Below are positions 53,073 to 64,000 of a DNA stretch of 64,000 nucleotides, piece after piece; position 1 is the stretch's first letter, and each line of letters starts with the position of its first letter. Source of the stretch: Chiloscyllium plagiosum (lineage: Eukaryota); NCBI RefSeq assembly GCF_004010195.1, contig NC_057758.1, forward strand, positions 8,290,956 through 8,354,955, given 5' to 3'. The translations under genes were made by a program, and so were the position numbers. A model generated the notes under the pieces. The model was not told where the DNA came from and did not search any database. It saw only the letters and a list, made by a program, of their open reading frames with translations.

Positions 53073-56000
53073 ACATACAAATCAGCAGAAAGGAATAGAG
53101 ATGACCGATAAAGATAGGCTTAGAGCGCAAGAGAATGAGGTTGACTCCACGGTCTTCAAACGCCTGGTGCGAAGCTAATTAAATATGTTCAAAAATTGGC
53201 TAAATTTGCTGAACAGATGTGGAAGCCATTTTGATCTCCTTTCAAAAAGTGGCTGAACAAATGCATTGGCCAGTGACCATGTAGGTTTTGTTGATGAAAA
53301 CAAAACTGGTAATACGTGCGAGTGAGCCATCTGCATCACTATCAGAAGAGGTATCGAGGGAGTATGTACAGGGGGAAAACGCTATCATAAGTGTATATAA
53401 GTCAATATCAGTTGCCAACTAAAACGATTATGGATTCTAAGGGGAGTCCCTGGACAAACCTATATTGAGTTTGAAAGGATCAAACAAAGTAATTTGACAG
53501 GTGGATAAAAGATTTAAAAATGGAACAAAATTACTAAGTAGTTAGAGAGACAATAACTTTGGAGGAGTTTAAACATTCATTGCCCGACATTGTGCGACAT
53601 ATGTGGAATCGCAGAAGGTTAAGCAGTCAAGGTTAGCAGCTGAAGTATCTGTTGACGATGATTTTGCCCAGAAAGCACTGCATGGTATCCGAATCAATTT
53701 AAATCCATGAGTGATAGAATTTGGGAAAAACACAAATCCTCAGTGAAGATGAAAAGGAGAACTTCCCACAGTATAAAAATGAAATCCTTGAAGGGTCAAA
53801 GATGGTAAAAAGCTCATGTGTTTTCATTGTAATGAAGTGGGCCATATGAAATGATAGTGTTGTTGGACATGGAGGAGCACAGGAAAGCCAGACGTTGGAA
53901 AGCAGGATCAGCCTGGATGTTTTGTTGTAGTGCTAACAGAAAGTGCAGGGAGAGATAGAAAGTTGCATAAGAGTGCACAAGCTGATCGGAGGTTAATGAA
54001 GGAGCAACTCCCTGATCTGTTTAAAAATACATTCCTGTAAAGGCAAAGTTTATTCAGATGGGCCTGGAGTGGCAGGAAAAGATGTTATTTATTAAAGTAC
54101 ACAGGATTCTCTCAGTCTGCGGTGCTGAATGATGAGGAGATATATATTCCTGAAGGATTATTGATCGAAAAGGTACTGGTTACGGGGATTCATGGTTGGA
54201 CAAAATGTTCTCAATTATGCAAAGTGAAGTGAGTGTCTAGAGGAGAGTACAGAATTTGTGGTGGAAGTACTAGACAAAATCTCGGCTCCAGGAATACAAT
54301 TTCTCCTTGTAAATGATATAGCTGATTCACTGGTAGACCTGTTGCCGACTGTAATCGAAAAGCCAGGAGACACTCAAGCAACTGAAGGAATGCACAATTC
54401 TGAGCTGGGATTGTTTCCTGAGTAAGGAGGTCACAAAGTCACCAATTGAAGGCGAAGTGATCGAAGAGTTAAGACAAGAAGCTGAAATAGCATTAACGAA
54501 GACGGTGTTCAATCAGACGGTTGGGACCAAACAATAACAAAGAGATAGTCATGAAAATATATTTACCTCTGCAAAATGCATTGGGTTGCAGCAGATAGAG
54601 GTAAATCTTAAACAAAATTTTGTCAAAAGACATATAGACAGTTGCAGTCTGAATGTATCTCTGTGTGGTATTACTTGGAAAATGATGTCTTACTGAAAAA
54701 ATGGACACCATCTCCTTTTCAAGTATTTGAGATATGGTCAGAGATTTATCAAATTGTATTACAGTGAAGTATAGAAAAAAGAAATTTTGCGAGTGGCACA
54801 TGAGCTATTACTTCAAGGACATTTCGGATTGAAGGCAACACAGGCTGAAATACAAAGCCATTTTTATTGGCTTGGCGTGCACAGGGATTAAACTGAATTT
54901 TGCCAGATTTGTGACATATGTCAGGAAATTGCAAAACCACAGGATGTAAAATAACCTGCACCTTAATACATATTCCAGCAGTTGAGGCAATGTTTTATAA
55001 CAGTTTTGATTCATTGCATAGGTCCCCTGTCTCAAACAAAAAGTGGGACTCAATATTTGTTAAAAAGTATTGGATGTGCCAGTGAGAATTCCTGAGGCAA
55101 TTCATTACGCAATATCAGAGATAAAAGGATTGTAGGCGAATTACTCTTTTTTTAGATAACAATAGAGATACAGTCAGGTCAAGTGTCAGTCATCACATCC
55201 AAAATACTCAATGAACTTACGGACAGCTTCAGCAGAAAACAATCGAACTGCGCAAGAAAGCTGGCATCAAAAGAGGAAAGACTATTTTGAGGACTTATTG
55301 TCAGCATGATCTAGATGGTTATCATAAGGGAATTTCATCTTTTTATTCCTGTCAGAGATGTACCAAATAAACCGACCAAATCCAGTCCATTTGAATTAGT
55401 TTTTGGGCATGAAGTGAGAGAACCATTGAAATTGATTAAGGAGAAATTAGTCAGATTTCACAGACCACACATTTGGATTATAAAACAAATTTTAGGGAGA
55501 GATTAAATAGAGCTGGGGAGTTGGCGACTACGCAAATGCAGTGCCATTGCAAAGACTGGCGCATATTCAATTCCATGGTTGGAAGACTGCATTGAAAAGG
55601 TGGAAAAAGCAAGTTACTTTTCTAATTTAGACTTGCTCAAAGGCTACTGGCAGATGCTCCTATCAAAAAGAATAAATGCCATTTCGGCTTTCGTAACGCT
55701 AAATGAACTGTGTCACATTAAATTCAAGCCATTTCGTATGAAAATGGCTGGGGCCTCATTTCAGTGACTAACTAATAAAACCATTGGCGGATTACCCAAC
55801 TGTGTTGCTGCATTGATGATCTGGTGATTTTTAGTCACTCATGGAAGGAATGTTTACAGCATTTATCAGTCTTGTTCGAGCGAATTTGGAAGGCAGGCTT
55901 GGTGATAAAACTAGCTAAAAGTGAATTTGCGAATGCCCAAGTCAACTTCCCGGGCCATGCTATTGGACATGGACTAATGGCACCAGGTGATGCAAAAACC

Positions 56001-57201
56001 AGAGTAATTGAGTTCATGGGATTGAGTTGATTTTCTGTAAAATTTGTGCAATAATTTAGCAGTCTGGCAGCTCCATTCACTGAATTGCAAAAGGCAAGGA
56101 GTTTCAGTGTACAGCGGACTGGCAGAAGCCGTTTGCCTGCCTGATGACTGTTTTAACCACTGCCCCAGTACTAGCCACGCCTGATTACCCAATGGCTTTC
56201 AAGGCGGCTATCAATGCCAGCGATGTGGGTGTTAATGCCATGCTCCTGCAGGAAGACGGCGAGAAGATTAAAATATTCCGCCAGGAAATTAAATATTCAT
56301 CAACAGAAATATGTGACGATTGAGAAAGAGTCATTAAGTAGGATGTTGGCACTACAACCTTTGAGTGTTTATATTACCAGCAAAACACCAGAGACAGTTG
56401 TATACACTGATCGCAACATATTGAAGTTGTGAAGGAATTAAATCACACAAATGCGTGACTGTTTAGTTGGGGCTTGGCATTACAGTCGTTTAATTTTGGA
56501 ATTGTCCATGTGGCAGGTAGAGAAAACATACTCAACGATGCTTTGTCGACACACAAGTGAGAAATTGAGGTGTTCGGTGGTGGGAGAATCACAGACTGAA
56601 TCTGAATGTAGTTAGTCATATTGCATGTTTATAGTTAGTGAATGTATACGTGTGTTTAAAGTACTAACCATTTCTAAAAAACTTTTTTGAGGGTTTTGAA
56701 CAATGAAGCTATCTTTCAATATTGATGCCACTTCTTCAGGGGGGAGGTGTCACATTACTGGTTCTGCTAAAAGTTTACTATGCTCTTGTTTTTTGAAGTG
56801 AGTGTGTAATTGGCCAGACTCCAGTATGTCTGCAGCTTGATATGTTCATTGGGGCCTTTCTCTTAACCCGAACAGATAATATCTCCAGCTTAAGACTTTC
56901 ATGTCTTTAAAAATAAGCCGACAATCTGAGCGGAATAGCAAGCTAGCTGCATAGCTCGCCTTCGTTTAGATCAGTGTTTTTTCTGTTCATAAATTGAGTC
57001 AGTTCACTTACAGCAGGAGAAGTGTGAAACATTGCTGGACTTCTCTCTCTCCTGGAAAACTGGAAAAATATCTTTGATTTTGCTGTTTGGGCGAAGGGAT
57101 GTTTGTATTAGGACTGTTGCAAGTTTTTAAAGCAAAGACTTGCCAGAGAATTCCTAGAGGCCTGGCACTCCAACCACAACGCCATAAACAAACGCATAGA
57201 T

Positions 57202-58050
57202 GTTGTGGTTCTGTTCGCCGAGCTGGAAGTTTTTGTTGCAAACGCTTCGTCCCCTGGCTAGGCGACATCATCAGTGTTTTGGAGCCTCCTGCGAAGCGCT
57301 TCTTTGATGTTTCCTCCGGTGTTTATAGTGGTCTGTCCCTGCCGCTTCCGGTTGTCAGTTTAAGCTGTCCGCTGTAGTGGTTGGTATATTGGGTCCAGGT
57401 CGATGTGTTTGTTGATGGAGTTTGTGGATGAATGCCATGCCTCTAGGAATTCCCTGGCTGTTCTATGTCTGGCTTGCCCTATGATAGTCGTGTTGTCCCA
57501 GTCGAATTCATGTTGCTTGTTGTCTCCTTGTGTGGCTACTAAGGATAGCTGGTCGTGTCGTTTCGGGGCTAGTCGATGTTCATGTATGCGGATTGTTAGC
57601 TGTCTTCCTGTTTGTCCTATATAGTGTTTTGTGCAGTCCTTGCATAGTATTTTGTACACTACATTAGTTTTGCTCATGTTGGGTATCGGGTCCTTCGTTC
57701 TGGTGAGTTGTTGTCGGAGCGTGGCTGTTGGTTTGTGTGCCGTTATGAGTCCTAGGCGTCGCAGTAGTCTGGCAGTCAGTTCCGAGATGCTCCTGATAAA
57801 TGGTAGTGTGGCTAGTCCTTTTGGTTGTGGTATGTCCTCATTCCATGGTCTTTCTCTTAGGCATCTGCTGATGAAGTTGCGCGGGTATCCGTTTTTGGCG
57901 AATACCTTGTACAGGTGTTCCTCTTCTTCTTTTTGCAGTCCTGGTGTACTGCAGTGTGTTGTGGCCCTTTCGAATAGTGTCCTGATGCAGCTTCGTTTGT
58001 GTGTGTTGGGGTGGTTACTTCCATAGTTTAGGACTTGGTCTGTGTGTGTC
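57202..58050 (-). mobile_element. young Penelope-like element, inverted arm (RT C-terminus + GIY-YIG + pLTR)
   Basis: Frame open from THTDQVLNYGSNHPNTHKRSCIRTLFERA through NVVYKILCKDCTKHYIGQTGR to the stop at 57360. Confidence 0.95.
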
Positions 58051-58120
58051 TCTCTCTCTCCAATGCATTCCTATCTTTCCCGTAATCTGGCTCACACACC
58101 TGTACACAAGAGTCCAGCTG

Positions 58121-58456
58121 AGTCGAAGAGTGTGGTGCTGGAAAAGCACAACTGGTCAGGCAGCATCCGAGGAGCAGGAGAATCTTCATTTCGAGTATAA
58201 ACTCTTCATCGGGCTGTAGCCTAACAAGTGCCTCATACAAGTTCAACATCACCTCACTGCACTTGGACTCTTCAACCCTGATAATCATCCAATGTTCAGA
58301 TGGATTAACTGACCATCCTGACTGAGGGCGAAAGTGAGGTCAGCAGTTGCCAGAGATTAGAGTCGAGAGTGTGGTGCTGGAAAAGCACAGCAGGTCGGGT
58401 AGTATCCGAGGAGCAGGAAAATCAATGTTTCAGGCAAAAGCCCCTCATCAGGAATG
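58121..58456 (-). mobile_element. two Penelope pLTR-derived short repeats (58121-58212, 58326-58456) among CR1 remnants
   Basis: gagtgtggtgctggaaaagcac..gaggagcagg; the second has minus-strand CTGATGA-ggggcttttgcct-GAAAC. Confidence 0.85.
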
Positions 58457-58463
58457 GTCTGAA

Positions 58464-58607
58464 GATTAGATTCTCTACAGTGTGGAAACAGGCCTTTCGG
58501 CTCAACAAGTCCACAACCGACCCTCCGAAGAGTAACCCACCCAGATCCATTTCCCTCTGACCAATGCACCTAACACTATGGGCAATTTAGCATGGGCAAT
58601 TCACCTA
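58464..58607 (-). mobile_element. SINE 3' portion (HE1-like), running into a gap
   Basis: gattagattctctacagtgtggaaacaggccttt..caacaagtccaca. Confidence 0.88.
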
Positions 58608-58653
58608 NNNNNNNNNNNNNNNNNNNNNNNNNNNNNNNNNNNNNNNNNNNNNN
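58608..58653. other. assembly gap
   Basis: 46 N. Confidence 1.
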
Positions 58654-59115
58654 CACTATATAGGACAATCAGGAAGACAGCTAACAATCTGCATACATGA
58701 ACATCAACTAGCCACGAAATGACACGACCAGCTATCCTTAGTAGCCACACACGCAGACAACAAGCAACATGAATTCGACTGGGACAACACTACCATTATA
58801 GGGCAAGCCAGACAGAGAACAGCCAGGGAATTCCTGGAGACATGGCATTCATCCACAAACTCCATCAACAAACACATCGACCTGGACCCAATATACCAAC
58901 CACTACAGCGGACAGCTCAAACTGACAACCGGAAGCGGCAGGGACAGACCACTATAAACACCGGAGGAAACATCAAAGAAGCGCTTCGCAGGAGGCTCCC
59001 AAGCACTGATGATGTCGCCTAGCCAGGGGACGAAACGTTTGCAAAAAAAACTTCCAGCTCGGCGATCAGAACCACAACAACGAGCACCCAAGCTACAAAT
59101 CTTCGCACAAACTTT
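58654..59115 (+). mobile_element. young Penelope-like element, direct arm (GIY-YIG end + pLTR + 37-nt tail)
   Basis: Reverse complement of ~57202-57626, plus terminal extension 59079-59115. Confidence 0.95.
59003..59042 (+). ncRNA. minimal type I hammerhead ribozyme motif in Penelope pLTR
   Basis: GCA-CTGATGA-t-gtcgcct-agcc-aggggac-GAAA-cgtt-TGC: both conserved boxes, stem II with one mismatch, palindromic stem III, 3-bp stem I. Confidence 0.75.
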
Positions 59116-59176
59116 AAACGCATAGATCTAGATACCATCTATCAACCCCTCAGAAAACGAACAGGAAATGACATCC

Positions 59177-60038
59177 CCCATGGTAGGCTCATTCAGAAGG
59201 TCAGGAGGAATGGGATTCAGGGGAACATAGCTGTCTGGATACAGAATTGGCTGGCCAACAGAAGACACCGAGTAGTAGTAGAAGGAAAATATTCTGCCTG
59301 GAAGTCTGTGGTGAGTGGTGTTCCACAGGGCTCTGTCCTTGGGCCTCTATTGTTTGTAATTTTTATTAATGACTTGGATGAGTGGATTGAAGGATGGGTC
59401 AGTAAATTTTCAGATGAACAAAGGTTGGAGGTGTCGTTGACACTATAGAGAGCTGTTGTAGGCTGCAGCAGGACATTGACAGGATGCAGAGATGGGATGA
59501 AAGGTGGCAGATGGAGTTCAACCTGGATAAATACGAGGTGATGCATTTTGGAAGGTCGGATTTGAAAGCTGAGTACAGGATTAAGGATAGGATTCTTGGT
59601 AGTGTGGAGGAGCAGAGGGATCTTGGGGTGCAGATACATGGATCCCTTAAAATGGCCACCCAAGTGGACAGGGTTGTTAAGAAAGCATATGGTGTTTTGG
59701 CTTTTATTGACAGGGGCATTAAGTTTAAGAGTCGTGAGATCTTGTTGCAGCTCTATAAAACTTTGGTTAGGCCGCACTTGGAATACTGCGTCCAGTTCTG
59801 GTCGCCCTATTATAAGAAAGGTGTAGATGCTTTGGAGCGGGTTCAGAGGAGGTTTACCAGGATGCTGCCTGGACTGGAGGGCTTATCTTATAAGGAGAGG
59901 TTGACTGAGCACGGACTATTTTCAATGGAGAAAAGGAGGAGAAGAGGGACCTAATTGAGGTATACAAGGTAATGAGAGGCATAGACAGAGTCGATAGCCA
60001 GAGACTATTTCCCCGGGCAGAAATGACTAACACGAGGG
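59177..60038 (+). mobile_element. young CR1 LINE RT fragment
   Basis: SGVPQGSVLGPLLFVIFINDLD; WQMEFNLDKYEVMHFG...LEYCVQFWSPYY. Confidence 0.95.
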
Positions 60039-60538
60039 NNNNNNNNNNNNNNNNNNNNNNNNNNNNNNNNNNNNNNNNNNNNNNNNNNNNNNNNNNNNNN
60101 NNNNNNNNNNNNNNNNNNNNNNNNNNNNNNNNNNNNNNNNNNNNNNNNNNNNNNNNNNNNNNNNNNNNNNNNNNNNNNNNNNNNNNNNNNNNNNNNNNNN
60201 NNNNNNNNNNNNNNNNNNNNNNNNNNNNNNNNNNNNNNNNNNNNNNNNNNNNNNNNNNNNNNNNNNNNNNNNNNNNNNNNNNNNNNNNNNNNNNNNNNNN
60301 NNNNNNNNNNNNNNNNNNNNNNNNNNNNNNNNNNNNNNNNNNNNNNNNNNNNNNNNNNNNNNNNNNNNNNNNNNNNNNNNNNNNNNNNNNNNNNNNNNNN
60401 NNNNNNNNNNNNNNNNNNNNNNNNNNNNNNNNNNNNNNNNNNNNNNNNNNNNNNNNNNNNNNNNNNNNNNNNNNNNNNNNNNNNNNNNNNNNNNNNNNNN
60501 NNNNNNNNNNNNNNNNNNNNNNNNNNNNNNNNNNNNNN
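60039..60538. other. assembly gap
   Basis: 500 N. Confidence 1.
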
Positions 60539-63500
60539 GCACTGCCTTTGCGTAGTCGCCAACTCCCCAGCTCTATTTAATCTATCCCTAAAATTCGTTT
60601 TAAAATCCAAATGTGTGGTCTGTGAAATCTGACTAACTTCTCCTTAATCAATTTCAATGGTTCTCTCACTTCACGCCCAAAAACTAATTCGAATGGACTG
60701 GATTTGGTCAGTTCATTTGGTGCATCTCTGACCGGAAAAACAAATGAGGGATTTCCCTGATGACAACCATCCAGATAATGCTGACAATAAGTCCTCAAAA
60801 TAGTCTTTCCTGTTTTGATGCCAGCTTTCTTGCGCAGTTCGATTGTTTTCTGCTTAAGCTGTCCGTAAGTTCATTGAGTATTTTGGATGTGATGACTGAC
60901 ACTTGACCTGGTTGTATCTCTATTGATAGTCGGTATCTAAAAAAAGAGTAATTCCTCTACAATCCTTGTATCTGTGATATTGCGTAATGGAATGGCCTCA
61001 GGAAATCTCATCGGCACATTCATTATTTTTTAACAAATATTGAGTCCCACTTTTTGTTTGAGACAGGGAACCTATGCAATGAATCAAGACTCTTATGAAA
61101 CATTGCCTCAACTGCTGGAATAGGCATTATGGTGCAGGTTATTTTACATTCTGTGGTTTTGCAATTTCCTGACATATCTCACACATCCAGCAAAATTCAG
61201 TTTAATCCTTGTGCACGCCAGGCCAGTAAAAATGTCTTTGTATTTCAGCCTGTGTTGCCCTCACTCCGAAATGTCCTTGAAGTAATAGCTCATGTGCCAC
61301 TCGCAAAATTTCTTTTTTCTATACCCCACTGTAATACAATTTGATAAATCTCTGACCATATCTCAAATACTTGAAAAGGAGATGGTCTCCATTTCTTCAG
61401 TAATACATTATTTTTCAAGTAATACCACACAGAGATACATTCAGACCGCAACTGTGTATATGTCTTTTGATAAAATTTTGTTTAAGATTTTCCTCTATCT
61501 GCTGCAACCCAATGCGTTTTGCAGAGGTAAACATATTTTCATGACTATCTCTTTGTTATTGTTTTGTCCCAACCGTCTGATTGAACACCATCTTCGCTAA
61601 TGCTACTTCAGTTTCTTATCTACACTCTTTGATCACTTTGCCTTCAATTGGTGACGTTGTGACCTCCTTACTCAGGAAACAATCCCAGAGAAGATTTCTG
61701 CATTCCTTCAGTTGCTTGAGTGTCGAATGGCTTTTCGATTACAGTAGGCAACACGTCTACCAGTGAATCAGCTATATCATTTAAAAGGACAAATTGTATT
61801 CCTGGAGCCGCGAATTTGTCCAGTACTTCGACCACAAATTCTGTACTCTCCTCTGGACACTCACTTCACTTTGCATAATTGAGCGCATTTTGTCCAACCA
61901 TGAATCCCTGTATTTCGAGCAATAATCCTTCAGGAATATATATCCCCTTATCATTCAGCACCGCAGACTGAGAGGATCCTGTGTACTTTAATAAATAACA
62001 TCTTTTTCCGCTACTCCAGGCCCATCTGAATAAACTTTGCCTTTCCAGGAATGTATTTTTAAACAAATCAGGGAGTTGCTCCTTCATTAACCTCTGATCA
62101 GCTTGTGCAATCTTATGCAACTTTCTATCTCTCCCTGCACTTTCTGTTAGCACTGCAACAAAACATCCAGGCTTATCCTGCTTTCCCACGTCTGGCTTTC
62201 CTTTGCTTCTCAAAGTCCAAAAACACTGTGATTTTATGTGGTCCACTTCATTACAATGAAAACACATGAGCTTTTTACCGACTTTGACCCTTCAATGATT
62301 TCCTTTTTATACAGTGGGAAGTTCTCCTTTTCATCTTCACTGGGGATTTCTGTTTTTCCCAAATTCTAGCACTCATCGCTTTAAATTGATTCGGATACCA
62401 AACAGTGCTTTCTGGGCAAATTCATTGTCATCTGCTACTTCAGCTGCTAACCTTGACTGCTTAACTTTCTGCTATTACACATACATTCGCACAATGTTGG
62501 GCAGTGAATTTTTAAATTCCTCCAAAGTTATTGTAACTCTAACTACTTCGTAATTTTGCTCCATTTTTAAATCTTGTATCCACCTGTCAAATTGCTTTGT
62601 TTGATCCTTTCAAACTCAATATAGGTTTGACCAGAGGCTCCCCTTACAATCCAGAATCTTTTCAGTCGGCATCTTATACAGGCTTATATGCACTTAAGAT
62701 AACTTTGTTCGTCTCTTCATATTCCCTCGATACCTGTTCTGTTAGTGATGCAGATGGATCACTCGCAATTATTACCAGTTTTGTTTTCATCAACAAAGCT
62801 ACATTGGTCACTGGCCAATGCATTTATTTAGCCACTTTTTAAAATGAAATGAAAATGGCTTCCACATCCTGTTCATCAAATTTAGGCGATGCTTGAACAT
62901 ACTTAAACAGCTTCGCACCAGGCATTTGACTCCCAGGGAGACAGCCTCATTCTCTTGCTCACTTAGCCTTAGCTTTATCGTTCATGTCCATTCTTTCCTG
63001 CTGATCTGTATGTAGGCGAATGTGAGGAATACAAATTTGGAGATCAGAGTCTAGGTTAGAGTGGTGCTGGAAAAGCACAGCAGGTCAGGCAGCATCTGAG
63101 GAGCAGAAACGTCGACGCTTCCGACAGCGTGATGAAGGGTTCCGCCCAAAAACTCAATTTTCCTGCTTCTCGGATGCTGTCTGAGCTGCTGTTCTTTTGA
63201 AATACCACACTAATCTTGACTTCCGTTTATAAGTGTCAATTTCTGCAGTTCAAACTCTCTCTTTTATTTCCTCTCCTGCGAGAGCCCTGTTTTCTCTTTC
63301 TTTCTCTTCTGCTAAAGCCCTTCCTTTTTTTTTCGTTCTCTTCTGACTTTAATCGTAACTAAAACTGTTTCATTTCTGCTGCCCTTCGCGGGTCTCTCGC
63401 CTCTAACTCAAGCTGATTCATTGGCAATTGAACTGTTGCAATCTCCACGGAACACGATGGCGTTTCCCGAAAATCCAACCGCTCAGCCATTGCTGAAATC

Positions 63501-64000
63501 ATCTCATCTTTCCCCAAATTAGGAGGTAATTTCAACCTCAGCTTGTCCTCAGCTGGGTCATATCTACCTTTTGTAAACCTCAAGAAACTCCTTGGTGACA
63601 GAATGAGCCATTGCTTGCCGAGCTATATTTACACCAATCAAATTAACAAGCGAACCAAAAGACACTAAGGCCTACCACTCGTTGCTGAAATCCAGCAGCA
63701 ACTCCCAACTTGTTTTGGACTAGACCAGACCCCTAAAAACATTTTCAACCATGTAACCCAGACTGCAAATTTGCGATTTATTTTGCTTGGTGTATAGTGG
63801 ATATACCTGGAGTGAAAGAGATAGCTGGACGTCCAAGTTTTGAACAAATAAAATATATTTACAAAATTATGGAATGAAACACAAAGAAAAGAAAACAGAA
63901 TACTGGATAACGTATCCAATTCAATAGGGCGAAAGTGAGGACTGCAAATGCTGGTGAAGAGAGTCGGGAGTGTAGTGCTGGAAAAAAAAGCACAGCAGGA
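60539..64000 (-). mobile_element. inverted duplicate of the Gmr1 element segment 52079-55544
   Basis: Reverse-complement match along its whole length, including nested insertions; paired ORFs 54493/61292 and 52437/63359. Confidence 0.95.

Larger units (their letters stand above)
51567..57135 (+). mobile_element. Gmr1-type Gypsy LTR retrotransposon (LTR-gag-PR-IN-RT-RH-LTR), decayed
   Basis: 5' LTR from TGTTAC at 51567 to ~52368; gag ~52480-53900 with zinc knuckle CFHCNEVGH; integrase SPFELVFGHEVREPL at ~55400 precedes RT (LDLLKGYWQ) and RNase H (YVTIEKE); PPT ggggggagg, then 3' LTR TGTCAC at 56748, cut by Penelope DNA. Confidence 0.92.
57135..59177 (+). mobile_element. short Penelope fragment (second family) split by a younger insertion
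   Basis: 57135-57201 joined to 59128-59177 reads AREFLEAWHSNHNAINKRIDLDTIYQPLRKRTGNDI. Confidence 0.85.

Overview
Repeat-dense vertebrate DNA, most likely a shark (inferred from HE1/V-SINE-type tRNA SINEs, CR1-type LINEs and typical elasmobranch Penelope termini), with four N gaps. I found no intact protein-coding gene. The host-gene content is a dispersed cluster of about 7-9 decayed paralogues of one rhodopsin-class GPCR family resembling the shark-expanded 'GPR139-like' receptors. They range from a full exon with only two nonsense codons (36681-37576) to barely recognisable fragments. The rest is mobile DNA: many CR1 LINEs, a Rex1/Babar fragment, SINEs, three Gmr1-type Gypsy LTR elements (integrase upstream of RT) and Penelope-like elements (PLEs). 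Highlights: (1) several small repeat families that look like SINEs are PLE terminal repeats with hammerhead-ribozyme cores, often as miniature head-to-head palindromes with a one-sided ~35-45 nt tail; (2) a young inverted PLE insertion with a 12-bp TSD, nested in another PLE; (3) a GPCR paralogue lodged inside a Gmr1 element; (4) a ~3.5-kb inverted and a ~3-kb tandem duplication. Boundaries of decayed elements are approximate, and identities are by-eye estimates.
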